A stretch of DNA of 64,000 bases, taken from NCBI GenBank assembly GCA_001655205.1, contig LPNZ01010610.1, positions 21,631-85,630 of the forward strand. The letters are read 5' to 3'. Positions 44,101 through 56,572 of this stretch are shown here, piece after piece (position 1 is the first letter of the stretch; every line of letters begins with the position of its first letter). The position numbers were made by a program, and so were the translations under genes. Origin of the DNA: Lenisia limosa (Eukaryota > Protista > Breviatea). The notes under the pieces are model-generated. The model worked only from the letters and a program-made list of their open reading frames with translations. It ran no database searches and was not told the origin of the DNA.

Positions 44101-47100
44101 GAGCGGCGCATACGTGAGCGGGGTTGCTCGGGCTGCTCTGTGAAACAGAACCGAAGGATGTGATTCCAGTCAAAGAGCTCTGTTTTGTCCAGTGTCCGAT
44201 AATGTCAGTTGTATGTGCCCAAAGTCATCCCCCCCCCTAGTTTGAGGCAAAAGACATATCAAGCTTGGTGCCAAACAGGGAATTTGAAATGCCTCCACCT
44301 GATATTCCTTTTGGTAAGTTGTCTACTACCCCATCAGTCGAATATTAATATTAATGTGCCAGCCTATTAATCCGTATTGAAACGAACGCCAACACCCCCC
44401 CCCTCTCCCAGAGAACTTTACTTCCGGCTCAACCCTCATTTCACCCGACCCGGAGAAGAGAATGGGCCGACATCAGGATGATAAAGTGGGCGTTATTTCT
44501 CAATACACTGCTGTGTAGCATTAGAATTGTGTTTACCCATCCAGCTGACAATGAAGGCACTTTTGGCCGACCCTACTGACGAAGCTGAAATGTGGGCAAT
44601 CTTTCTATTAACATATTTTTATATTTCATTTTTTTTATTCAGGATTTTTTTTTTCTAATATAGTAGATATGTTCCCAACCCACCCTTTTCCGTTCTCAAC
44701 ATCGCTGAGGAGCCCAACGCAGATAAGCAGCAAACAAAGCCGGTAGGTTGCCCGCCCACTATTGGAGCTAGTAAACACAGTGGTTTTTGTTTGTTTGGCA
44801 ACCTTGGTGAATCTTGAAGCGTATCATATTCACAGGAAAGCCCATTACACCCCCCCCCTAGGCCGGAAAATCATCCCCCCTCCTCGACATTCTCACCAAA
44901 GCCGTGCCGACTGCAGCAATGGTTGCCCCTCAAGTGGGCGTAGTATCATTGTGATGCAGATTGTTTCGTTTGATTATTGTTTTGTTTCATCCATTTTACC
45001 CCCAGTTAAACAACATGTTTCTAATATGTTTAGCCTGGAACGCCCGAGAAGAAGCCTGCCCCTATCCCGAAAGATGAGGTGGCCTTCATGCCAAGCCCAA
45101 CGCCAATGGAACCTTTGGAGCCTTTCACCGACCGGGCCAGGCTAACTGATCCTCATAAGTGCGCAAGGGGTCTTATGCGTTTATCAGTTTGCACCTGGTT
45201 TTCAAGCTAGCTTCACCATAAATTTTCACCCCCCCTCCCCTCCAGAAGCCTGCCATGCAGTGAGAAAGCAGCTGCTCTCAGCATCGCCCGTGGATCTTTG
45301 AGATCGAACCTGGCGGCCAAAGTGGCTGACTCATCTTCATCGCAGGTTGAGGGGGCAAGTTGTGCTAGTCCCAACAGGCTGATATTTGTTTGGGTAACTT
45401 TCTCTTTGATTTTGTGTAATATGACTATTTAATAGGACATCTTCTTACGTATAGATTCCCCCAAAAGAAGCACGTTTCAAGGCCCGTAAGCTGCGGCCAT
45501 ATATTATGAAACACGCCTCATCGTCTGCATCGCCTTCCTCAAAAATGAGCAGCCATACGGTGGGAGGGGTTGTTGAATTTTCGATGTTGTATTGGCGGAG
45601 GACAGAGAGCGAGCTGATTTTTCTTTGGGGTTTTGTGTAATATAGCCCTTGTTTTACTTCCTTTTCAGGGGCGAAGTTCGCTGACAACGTCTTTCTACTC
45701 CCTACCTGCCCAAGACCCCACACCCGAAAAAGCGCCTGCTCCCACTGAATGTCGCACTCCTCCTAAATCCGTAAGCTCAATATGTAAGGCAAATACCTTT
45801 TATGAGCGTGATGGAGTGAAAGGCTATCTATCTATTTTAATTTTAACTTCACTTCTACATACCATATCATTATTTCCCCTTTGGCGAAGGGAAACCCATT
45901 TCCATTTAACCCAGGATAGCATATTACCTTTCAAATAGTCCATATTTCACCCAGCAGCCTCCACAGCTCATCGACCCCACTCAACTTCGCGCCGACGAAA
46001 ACCAGGCAAACTCTGAACATGCTTCTACCACGGGTTCGGACATGGATTCTGACGCGTGTAAATCCCTCAATATTGATGACGATATTCCGCCGGCTGCCCG
46101 AAGGATGCTTCGAGGAATTGAACATGGTGGGCTCTGCATTGACTCGCCCATTGGCGCACAATACTACTCTACTACCAGATTATGTCAAAATGTTCTCTCA
46201 TGAATTCTATCTTAACGCTGGCCTTTGACCTTGACAGCCCCCTTGTCATATTCCATCGATGCCAATACGCTCAACATCATCCCCCACTTGTCTGAGGGCC
46301 TGGCTAAGACCATGGCCATTCCTACGACGGGGTCGGAGGAGTATGAGGGCTATCACAGCACGCATTATGCAGAATAATATAATATTGTCCAAGTGCATAG
46401 TATGAGATTTTCACCCCCCCCCCCNNNNNNNNNNNNNNNNNNNNNNNNNNNNNNNNNNNNNNNNNNNNNNNNNNNNNNNNNNNNNNNNNNNNNNNNNNNN
46501 NNNNNNNNNNNNNNNNNNNNNNNNNNNNNNNNNNNNNNNNNNNNNNNNNNNNNNNNNNNNNNNNNNNNNNNNNNNNNNATTTGCCGTTCCCGCCACCGCA
46601 GTCCGAACTCAGCGCATCCTTCCTGGGGTATGTTACCAGGCCGGCTATTCAGGGATTTGTGAAGGGTTTTGTGGAACTGTTTCTTCGAGAAAGCTAATAA
46701 ACTGCCGTGAACCCACATGTTCCAACCATAGGACTCAAGCTATGATGACACTATAGCACCATGCCCCCCAGCCAGGCAATGCCCCGACCTCACCTGTCAT
46801 CGTCAATGCCGCACCCCATGAAAGTCGCACAGAAAACCAGCCATACCTTGGGCAGCACCTCTCATAGTGGGTGAACAAAGGAATATCAAAAGCCTGGAAT
46901 TCTCATAAACCTTAGTCCTTCAAGGTTTTCTTGTATTTTCTATCTTTCTATAGTCGCTAATTGTGGTGTGTCTATTGCATTCCTAAATTGCTGAGATTCT
47001 CATCCCCCCNNNNNNNNNNNNNNNNNNNNNNNNNNNNNNNNNNNNNNNNNNNNNNNNNNNNNNNNNNNNNNNNNNNNNNNNNNNNNNNNNNNNNNNNNNN

Positions 47101-47603
47101 NNNNNNNNNNNNNNCGTCCCTCATTTTCTCATTTCAACATTGACTCTTAGTTCGGCCATTGTACAAACGGATTTCTCACACAAGTGGCTACGAGTCTCTT
47201 TCCTGTCACCTTGCCAAGTCCACCATGACGAATGCGTAAGAGGGCAACCATACCTTGGCTTCTGATGCTAATTGTGATGAATTTCATGAGCTGATTTGTT
47301 GTTGGTCCAAACTAACGAATAGGGTGCCCAGCCCAATGTTCTCAAGAAGCCCAGCCTCCAAGCCATTCCAAGAAACTGATCTCTCGCTATCGCTGAGAGG
47401 AACGGTAATAACTCATTCTCTTGAGTAATTACTGATATTTCCTGACCCAACACACTTGAATAGATCTCTCTTGTTATCCAAATGACCACCAGGTTGGCCC
47501 CGTCGGAACACAGCCTTTGGATCTCAGTGCCGTGCCGGAGTCCATGCAGAACTACTACCAAGACCTTGCGGAGGCGGCGACGGCTCGGGATATCGGGTCC
47601 TAG
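41146..47603 (+). CDS. Large hypothetical protein: helical N-terminus, long Pro/Ser-rich disordered region, one Cys/His cluster
   Basis: Chain of in-phase GT-AG exons, e.g. ELFSSEGLLITSPERLQADFITPAQLLIKTWQQLESLCGLLRK; KPCPGCARCVHARHCSACDQ; last exon VGPVGTQPLDLSAVPESMQNYYQDLAEAATARDIGS*. No family recognised; could be two genes. Confidence 0.55.
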
Positions 47604-47755
47604 GCGTGAGTATTGTTTGTGATTTAGGTCTTCGTATTTATTCTACTATTAAATTGTTATGTTGAAATGTTTTCGAATTCACTTCTATGCACTTCACCTT
47701 GCCTGTCATCTGATAAATAGTAATAATACTAATACATAATAAAAAAAAAGACACT

Positions 47756-49706
47756 CTACTGCACAAAGACCACCAATTCAGGCGGGAACGCAAGGCTGTT
47801 AGTCCATCCCCTAACGTCATTGAAATCCGAGGCAGCATCGGCTACTTGGGTGCCGTTGACAAACGCATCATAAAGGAGGGTTTCTCTCCCCGGGGTAGGC
47901 CTGTGAAGGTGATTGTCTGATGAAACAGGAGAACGTATTCTCAAAAATGCTCATGAGCTTAATCGTCTTGAATATTCAGTTGCAAGGAAAGATGAGGAGA
48001 GCACGATATAAGATCAGTGTTTATTTCAAAATGAAATAAATATGCCATAAATGTATTCTTTCAAATCTACTCCCCACCCGCCGCCCCCTTTCAATTTTCA
48101 ATACCAACTCAGGATAAGCACCCCCAATGATTGTGTAGTCGCCTCCAATACCCAAACAGTCTGTTTTCTCGTAGTGCAGGACTACAATATCAGCGAACAA
48201 CTACGAGTACAAAAATCACCAAATATATTACACTGTTAAAAAGGGGACCCCTTCATACGACTTTGTTCACTCAGATCTGTCAAACTCTGGCAATTGAACT
48301 AAAGCGTCAGGGAACAAAAGATGAAAATCATGGAAAGGAATCTAAGAGTCTCTCACATACAATAGTGGGGTCAGTTGCAATTGCCATTGGAATAGTGATC
48401 CAATCACCTGAGGAACTAGATCCAATGACATTCTTAACTGCTGGGTAGAGGAATAGAACTTCAGTCTGAGTGATGAGAAAACGTCAACTTTATTGAATCA
48501 AAATTTCACATAGTACTAACTTTTACACACCATATAATAAAGTGATTCAATCATGCATTGAACCCAGAATCGCAGTACAATGTTATAACTTTATAAATGA
48601 CTTCGAAAGATTATAAGGAAATTTCACAAACTCTACCTTAATTTGCCTGTAAGTTTGCCATCTTTCATCAGGAATGATTCCCTGTACATCTGGCGAGTAG
48701 CTCAGAACATCTGATCTCATTAATATTCTTTGAGAGGGGGGGGGGGTAAGAAATTTCAGCAACCACAAATGATAGGAAAAGACTCAACGTAATAATAGAT
48801 AGAGATATAGCAAAAATATCGAGCTAAACACCCTAATGTACATCTAAAATATTGATATATATATATAATACATAATCTCAAATGACATATGATATATTAC
48901 AAAATGTCATTTCTAATATCCAGGGTACATATCAAAATGAGAGACGAAATGTATTTCCTACCTCTGACAGCCGGAATGCCTCCGAATTTACGAGCAACTA
49001 ACTCCCAGGGACCTAAGCTGTAAAAAGGCCAATGTCTTGACATATATATTTGTATCCAGAATAGGTCTCAAAAGGTACTCAGTTTGTAAAATCCATCACA
49101 AGGGAGCAGACCATCATTTCTATCAAGAAGACAAAACACATTGGTATTGGCTGTTTTGCTGTAGTAGAGTCCATTGACAGCACCACGGGCATAGGGCCCG
49201 ACACAAGCACCGGATTTGGCCTCAAGTAACTGGGCCTCAAGCTGAGCATCAGCAACATGACGATTCAAAGCGGGGGATTATATTGATGACAATAAGTATC
49301 CATGGTGGGATTACATATTAAACTAAAACCACCACATTGGTCCATCTGGTGACATCACTAACATACCTGGCTGATCCTGTTAGAGAGTTCCAGGTAATTA
49401 CTGTCCACGTCTTGCGTGAGATTATTCATCGAAACTCCACGCACAACGACATCATCTATTACGTTGTAAAGTTGATAACCCAGTTGAATGTTAGTCCACA
49501 GAGTATAGGTTAGTGAAAAATCAAAGGTGCATTTGCGACTAAGTTAATGGCTCGACCCTCAAACCAGCAACAATGGTATCGGCGACAATGGCCATATTTG
49601 GGGTCATAGTGAATGCTTGGGTAAGCATAACAACCAGTACCAAAAAGCTTAACCTATAAAATCATAATAATAAATGGGATGAAGCTTACACTGAGACGGA
49701 CAACAT
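47756..49706 (-). CDS. Secreted protein with a divergent FReD-like domain
   Basis: Signal-like MLSVS..LSFLVLVVMLTQAF; coiled-coil-like LELSNRISQ..NRHVADAQLEAQLLEAK; SGACVGPYARGAVNGLYY..TNVFCLLDRNDGPWELVARKFGG; ends ELVVFVQ*. Confidence 0.65.
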
Positions 49707-49880
49707 GCTTAGAGGTTCGGATTTACAAATAAGGTGTGCTGAGTGGGTGACAACAAGGGGACAGTTAGTGGATAATAATGGGTGAGGCTAAGAAAGGCTA
49801 AAAGTGTAAGGAAGGGGTGATCATCGATCATGAAACATCAAAATTTCATTTCATAAAACTCGCTTCTTCTCTCCTCAAAC

Positions 49881-51620
49881 ATGACTAAATTGCTTTATCT
49901 GGAAGATACACATAAATTGACCTGCGAGGCCAAGGTGGGTCGCCCGTTGTATTCTTACTGATCCTTACTGGCTTTTATTATATATCATGTATAGGTTGTC
50001 TCTGTGTCTCCCTCACCCGTTGAAGGCGATGGAGAGGGTGTGAAGATCATTGAACTCGATTGCACTGTTCTCTACCCCCAGGTCAGTCGCCAACTTTTCG
50101 CAGAACCTGAAAAATGTGGCCTTTCACTGACCAACAGATGTTTTGTTTTTGTCATTATTATTACTAGAGTGGAAATAAAGGTACAGGAATAAATAGAAAA
50201 AAAGCTATGATTTTTTTGGCCATAAGCCGCCGCTCTAACCTCGAATGTTGGGAGTGAACTGACTTGTGCAATGTTTTACATCTAAGGGTGGCGGACAACC
50301 CTCGGATACCGGGTCAATCACCGCCGATGGGAAGGTAGGCTGCTGTCATACAAAGTATGCTGGTAAATGTTTGGTTGGGCAAGATGGATGAATTAGGGTC
50401 AGTTAAAACCATTTTGTTTTTTTATTAGGCAAATGACGTATAATGACAGAAAATCTTCCGAGTTTACCGCACAGATTTTCAATGTCGAATTTGTTTCAAT
50501 CAAAGAAGGCATTGTATCGCATAAGGGCAAATTTGTTGAAGAAGAGTTTGCTTTAGGTTTGATGGTCAAAGCACTTTTCGCGCTTCTTTTTGGAACACTC
50601 CATTGACCGTTGCAGACTCAGTTGTGACCGTCTCCGTTGATGAGGCCAAACGAATGGAGTTTGCTCGCCTCCATACTGTGGGTCTATTCTGCCCTGTAGT
50701 GCCATAACAGACTTCAACCAATTTATTAATTTATGAGAACTTTCCTTAATCGATTTTGGCGGTTCTACTGTTCTCAGGAACTAAATACCCAGGCTGGCCA
50801 CGTAATCGATGATGCTATGAACACAATCGGCATGACACTGGAGACTGGTGAGGTGTTCACATCTTGGCTCTAGTTGTCTTGTTCATTCTAAACGATGGAA
50901 ATGCCCGTTTTCTATTCTATCCTATAACACACCTCAGGAAAAGGCTACCACTTCCCCTCGGGTCCATATGTTGAATATATTGGCAAGCTTCCCGAAGGGT
51001 GGACCAAAGAGAAGGTTCGCTGATTGACAATGTTTTTTCGGAGGTCATCATATCTAATTATCTGGTTGAACAGCCAAGTCACCCCCCTAGCTTGTTGAGG
51101 CACTGAACGAGGCAGCCGCTACAATTGTGACAGAAGACCGCCCGGTGGACATTCATATAGATTGTGACGAGACCAAGGTGGGAGTTTTCTGCTATTATTG
51201 GACCATTTAGATTTTTCTTCTTTGTTAGTATTGTATAACAGTCAATAAAGGTGTAGGTTGCTGAACTCTGTAATGGTGAAGTACCCCCTTACTGTGTTGG
51301 AAAGGTTCGATTGGGCCGTTTCCGAATACAGCACACTTTCATTTTCAAATAATCATTGTTCTAGAAATCTCGTGTCATCTATATGGGACGACTTGGCTGT
51401 AGGAGGAGGGTAAAAAGACTAACGATTTGAGATGAAAGCATTAACTCCGCAGGTGCATGTGGTGGCACCCATGTCAAATCCCTTGCAGCCCTCGGCAAAC
51501 TTGTCATTACAAAGGTTCGATAAACGCTTTCTTGTTGATAAGATTCTTGGCTCATGCTTTTAGATCAAAACCAAGGGAGGAAAGAATCCTACTGTCCGCG
51601 TTTCATATGTTCTCCAATAA
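49881..51620 (+). CDS. Free-standing Ala-tRNA editing protein AlaX (AlaX-M-like, tRNA_SAD)
   Basis: MTKLLYLEDT; TVLYPQGGGQPSDTG; Zn ligands LHTAGH and CGGTH; KGYHFPSGPYVEY; C-terminal KTKGGKNPTVRVSY. Confidence 0.93.
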
Positions 51621-51781
51621 ACGTCACACCCCACTGTCTGATTTCATTCCTTTCTGCTTATACAATATATACATGTTACAACTTCGTCATTTGCAGTCGC
51701 TGGAATGAGCATTAAAGCTACATCTACATGTGGCCAAGAAAATGGAAAAAACACACAAAAAAAGACAGAGAAACAAGAAGA

Positions 51782-53927
51782 TTATAAGATGCGGATGATC
51801 ATCTGAACAGGAAGGTGGGGTGGGAGAATTTCAACCTAAAATATCAATAAAGACAAGAATAAAAACAGAAATACTAAAAACGAGCCTAACTCTCACGGGA
51901 GAAGAATTGATAACTTCAGCATCCTTCTCCACAGTCTTAATAGTAGTATCAAGATCAACCGAGGTGGAGTGAACATGACCTTCGTCGCGACTATACAATG
52001 AGAAGAGGAGCAAAAAAGACACTGTTCTTCAACCTTTACATATATATATATATCATATATATATTATATGTAATCCCATCACAAAGCCTTAAAAGTAACA
52101 TTAACGTCTAAAAAAGCCTCGTAAACAATACATTGCTGTGAAGCTAGCTAAATAATGGATTAATTATAAGTACACCCTATTACCTGGAATAGAAATCAAC
52201 TTCTTCAAGAGGGTCAGTGCGGTAGACCATACAGCGTGCCTGTAAACTTAGATTCAATAGATCGGCCACATTATGTCAATAGGCCTACCAATAACTATTA
52301 TCATACGGATCCAGTTTAAATCAAAAAAAAAAAAAAAGTCCCAAATATTCCATCACCCCCCCCCCNNNNNNNNNNNNNNNNNNNNNNNNNNNNNNNNNNN
52401 NNNNNNNNNNNNNNNNNNNNNNNNNNNNNNNNNNNNNNNNNNNNNNNNNNNNNNNNNNNNNNNNNNNNNNNNNNNNNNGCTCCTGAAGGGTCATTTTGCA
52501 GAATCCAAAAGAGAAAACTGGGAAAATTGCCAATTTTTTAGAACTCTCAAATCAAATTCAAAACATTACCTAGTCAAAAAGGACAAAATCCAGGGTTATC
52601 AGCCCTCAACCCACCAGTTCTTTTGCTTGTAATTCAAGATCTTGTGGGAATGCTCGCCACCAACATGAGTGTCATTGAGGGTCAGAGGATGGTTATGTGT
52701 CACCTAGAGACTGTAAGACCTACGTACAAAGGACAGACCAAAGCAAATTAGCGAAGACTGCGACTTATATTCAGAGAGGGGGAGGGGTATGTTCGAATGT
52801 TATTTACAGAAATTTAGCGTTCAAAACCCAGAACCTAACCTGATGCTCATGTGCACCAAGAGTGTACTCGTGTGTGTGGGGAGCAGTATCGTACTTCTCA
52901 CCAAGAACGTTGTAGTAGTTGGCTCCCTTGAGGAAGGTGCCGGTCATATCGGGCACGGCCTTCTCAAAGAAAACGCTAACCACGTTAAGTTTAGAAAACC
53001 AACCATTGAAGACTATCTTCAGAAGAAAAAAAAAGCTTATTTGGTATAAAGCAAATATGCAAAATCTTACTCTTTTGTGGACGCATGTTGGAAAAATAAA
53101 TAATCAATATTATTGTAAGGGCCACATTCACACCTGTTTTCGTTGGTCACCACGGAGCCATCGCAAATGGCCCAGCCAGGGGGGGCAGAGTCAGAGGGTT
53201 CAGCTGGCATCCAAGGAATAATCGTGCCAAGAGGGGGTGCTGCAATATCAGAGGGATAATGGTACATTGATGTGTCGGATTCTGAAACTAATCACATGAT
53301 ATGATATTTGCAAATCACATGTGGTTCTATTAATCGGAAGAAATATCCACAATACTCTTTTATATATAGCAATGAGAAATAAAAAATAAGGTTGTATCTG
53401 ACCGAAGTCGTCCACACCATCACGCTATTAGAGATATTGAATTGTAGAATAATATTAATTCACCCAATTTGCCTTACAACTCTGTGCACACAGCTTTCTG
53501 CCTGCCTCCCCAGCATACAGTAAAGCATAGATAAGGTCCCACTTACGAAGATTAAAAATATTAAAATTGCTATTGATATTTTAAATGCACCAGATCCATC
53601 ATCAACAATTGAGCAAGAGGTCCTTCTTAACGCGGGTAACCCATTTTGGTGAGTCACCCAGTTTCATAAGAATAAAGGTCCCAAGAAAACACGGTTGTTA
53701 TAAAAAAAAAAACGATCTTGTGTTTAAAACCTTACCAATTTCAGAGATCTTGACACCTTCCATGACGATGTTACCCTTGACATTGAGATCCTTCTCAACA
53801 ACAAGACTCTCTGAACGTTTAGAGGAGATACTCCCAAAAACCTACCGGTATAGAATGAATTGTCCTTCCTGATCTCCATTGCAACGGCAAAGGAGATATA
53901 GACGAGGAAGAGAAGTATGATCTTCAT
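51782..53927 (-). CDS. Secreted, intron-containing phage tail-collar domain protein
   Basis: Signal peptide MKIILLFLVYISFAVA; VVEKDLNVKGNIVMEGVKISEI; PPLGTIIPWMPAEPSDSAPPGWAICDGSVVTNENSVFFEKAVPDMTGTFLKG; His-rich HTH/HEH/HNH/HSH/HVH motifs; C-terminal MIIRIL*. This is the Collar (PF07484)-type signature. Confidence 0.8.
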
Positions 53928-54123
53928 CTTTCTTTTTTAAACAAGAAGACAGCTCTGCACGTATATGCGTCCTGATCTCAGCCTGATCTTCTTCTTCTTC
54001 TTGCTGTGTGTACTAACTTGGTACTCACTAAGCGCACGAAAAGCACAAAAAGAAAGAAAAAATCGTGAATTTAGAATATATTTTTTTTTCTAGGGTTGCG
54101 ATTGATCATGACTGTCTTATCAA

Positions 54124-54143
54124 AATTACCATATATGGTAATT
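54124..54143. promoter_or_regulatory. Perfect 20-bp palindrome in a divergent promoter region
   Basis: aattaccatatatggtaatt lies between the start codons at 53927 (-) and 54369 (+). Function not shown. Confidence 0.3.
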
Positions 54144-54368
54144 GGCTCAAACTGCTTTCCATTATTTGGATCACGTATGCTCAGACACAAAAGGTGTTAA
54201 TTAAGTGTTTAATTAGGAGTTTAGTGAGTTTTTTTAGTGAAATTATCCCAATTCTAATCCCCCCTTCCCCCGACTTCCTCTCAACTTCATCTCTAAATAT
54301 AAACATGTGAGGAAAGCGTTCTATTTTATTTCAAAAATTACCAAAAGATTTTCCTGAAACACACCACG

Positions 54369-56376
54369 ATGGACATTTTTGAGAAAGGAGGTAATCATTT
54401 AGCTGGAATGGAGAGTCTCTGTCGGTCAAGTGAGCTACTTGATAGTGCCAGAAAATTGGCCGCCCCTCTAAAGGTGTGCTTCCTCAAAAGAGTCAACTGT
54501 TCAACAGTTAATATACTTGTACATACCCTAAACACAGGAATTCATTTTTAAAATATATGTATAATTGCAATTACAACATTTGTGAATTCTGCAGATTCTT
54601 TTGACAGGTGGCACTGGCTTTATTGGTCGAAATCTCGTAGAAGAACTTGCAAAATGGGGTGACTCAGTAGGCAGCAAAAAGTGTTAGGAAATTTTATCAA
54701 CTCGTTTTCTTTTCTGGCATAATTGCTCAGATTACCATTCTTGATGTAAGGATGCCAACAACCTTATTACCAAAAACCGCCCGATTTGTACAAGGCAGCA
54801 TTAACAGTGGGTGGACTTTCAAAGATCGTAAAGAATGTCATATATCTCTGAATCCTTTCATTCTTCAAACGTGACATTCAAGATTCACGGCTAGTTCAAG
54901 AAGTTGCTTCAGGTCATGATATAATCATTCATGCAGCTTGTTTGGAATGTGAGTCAACATTTAACAAGACAATATAGCTAATGGCGGTTTCAGGTCGTGA
55001 CACCTTTTCAAACCCAGCTCGTTCGGTTGAAGTTGGTTACTGCTTTTGGTTTATGACCATTCAGGTGAACACACAAGGATTGATCACAGTGCTAGATGTT
55101 GCTAATGTGTTAGACATTCGCTTCATCTACATCTCCAGAGTTAGCCTATTGGTTCTTGAGTAACATCAACGTGTCTTGTATTTTGTGTATTCACCCTTTA
55201 GTATTCCCAAGGCCCCTTTTGGCTTCACCCCTTTCGTATCACTGAGCAAGCTGGCGAGGATTTGTGCCGCATGTATGCAAAAGTCTGTAGGATTCGGGGC
55301 CTTCAATTAGCATGCTGTGAATTGGACGTGTATTTACCATTCCCAGGAATGGGGTCTTGACATCAAAATAATTCGACCTTTCAACGTCTATGGGCCAGGA
55401 CAAGGTCACAATGAAAGCTATGTTAACACTCCGCCAGTCATGATCATGCAGGTTTGTATGTATAAAAGAGAATGAGAAAATAATATGGATGTGCAGTTTG
55501 TGTTCAGCGCTGACCGTCTAGGCCCTAACAGGGAAGGATATTGTGGTTCATGGAACTGGAAAGCAATTTACAGATCTGGTTTACATCGGTAAGCAGTGAC
55601 ATTGCATTGATGTACGAAAACTCACGAGGGATAGTCACTGTGTTTTATCCTTCCTGACATCATAGATGATGTGACTGCTGCAATTGCTACGGTTACTCAT
55701 GAGCCAAACACACGTGGAATTGACGAAGTTGTCGAAATTGGTTCAGGTGAGTCATTTATTTCATCGACTTTCTTATGACCGCCTCTTCACTTCTGACCTT
55801 TAGGCTTTCGGATATGGTCCAGCAAAAAAGAGACTGTTATCGTTTTTAGGTCACGCAACTTCTGTAAGACAACTGGCGGAGATAATCTGTAGAATTTCTG
55901 AAGGGTATGCTTCATGCTCTTTTTCTCAAATTTCTCATTATCCCTTCCACAGTACTGGACACGTGGTGACTGATGTGGAGATTGATGGAGGGCGTTGTGC
56001 CCCTCGGGTCTGTGCTGACCTGACAAACCTTCACCAAAGGTACTTATTCAGACCATGTAAGCCAACCTGGGTTGTGGCGTTACAATATAGCCACCACTTT
56101 GGAGCAGGGTATTACCAAGTGCGTGGACGACATGAAAGCGTTCCTTAAAGTCAGACAGGTGCGAGGTTTAGTTCTGAATGCCATTTTGTCAACTGTTTTA
56201 CAAAACAGGTTGAAGCGCCAGCCAAAGTCAAGCTACGCCCTCCCCCTGTTACTGTGGGTATTGTGTTCATTTCATTAGTTTATGATCTGATACTATCTTG
56301 TAAATTTATTCTCCAGAAGCACATGCCAACCATTTCTGAGAACATTGACCGCTGCTTCGCTGAACTTGACTTGTAG
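54369..56376 (+). CDS. Extended SDR (NAD-dependent epimerase/dehydratase fold) with a degenerate catalytic motif
   Basis: ILLTGGTGFIG; ITILDV; IIIHAA; VNTQGLITVLD; HPFRITEQAGEDLCRMYAK; IIRPFNVYGPGQ; VHGTGKQFTDLVYIDDV; TTLEQGI. Confidence 0.88.
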
Positions 56377-56572
56377 TGGACCTGATCAAAGTTGTATGTA
56401 TTTTTGAACTTTAAAAGTGAAAGTGTTATTGAGTAACAATTATTTTGTTTATCTTGAACATATATAGTATATAATATATGAAATATACTATATAAAAAGA
56501 AATTGTAGACTCTCCCACGTGCAATAAAATAGAAAGAAATAATAAATAATGTGAAAAATAAAAAAGGAACAA

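Noticed and set aside
51782-53927. Prophage or endogenous giant-virus insertion around the tail-collar gene
   Set aside because: The gene has spliceosomal introns and a signal peptide, both neighbours are ordinary cellular genes, and no capsid, integrase, polymerase or packaging genes are seen.
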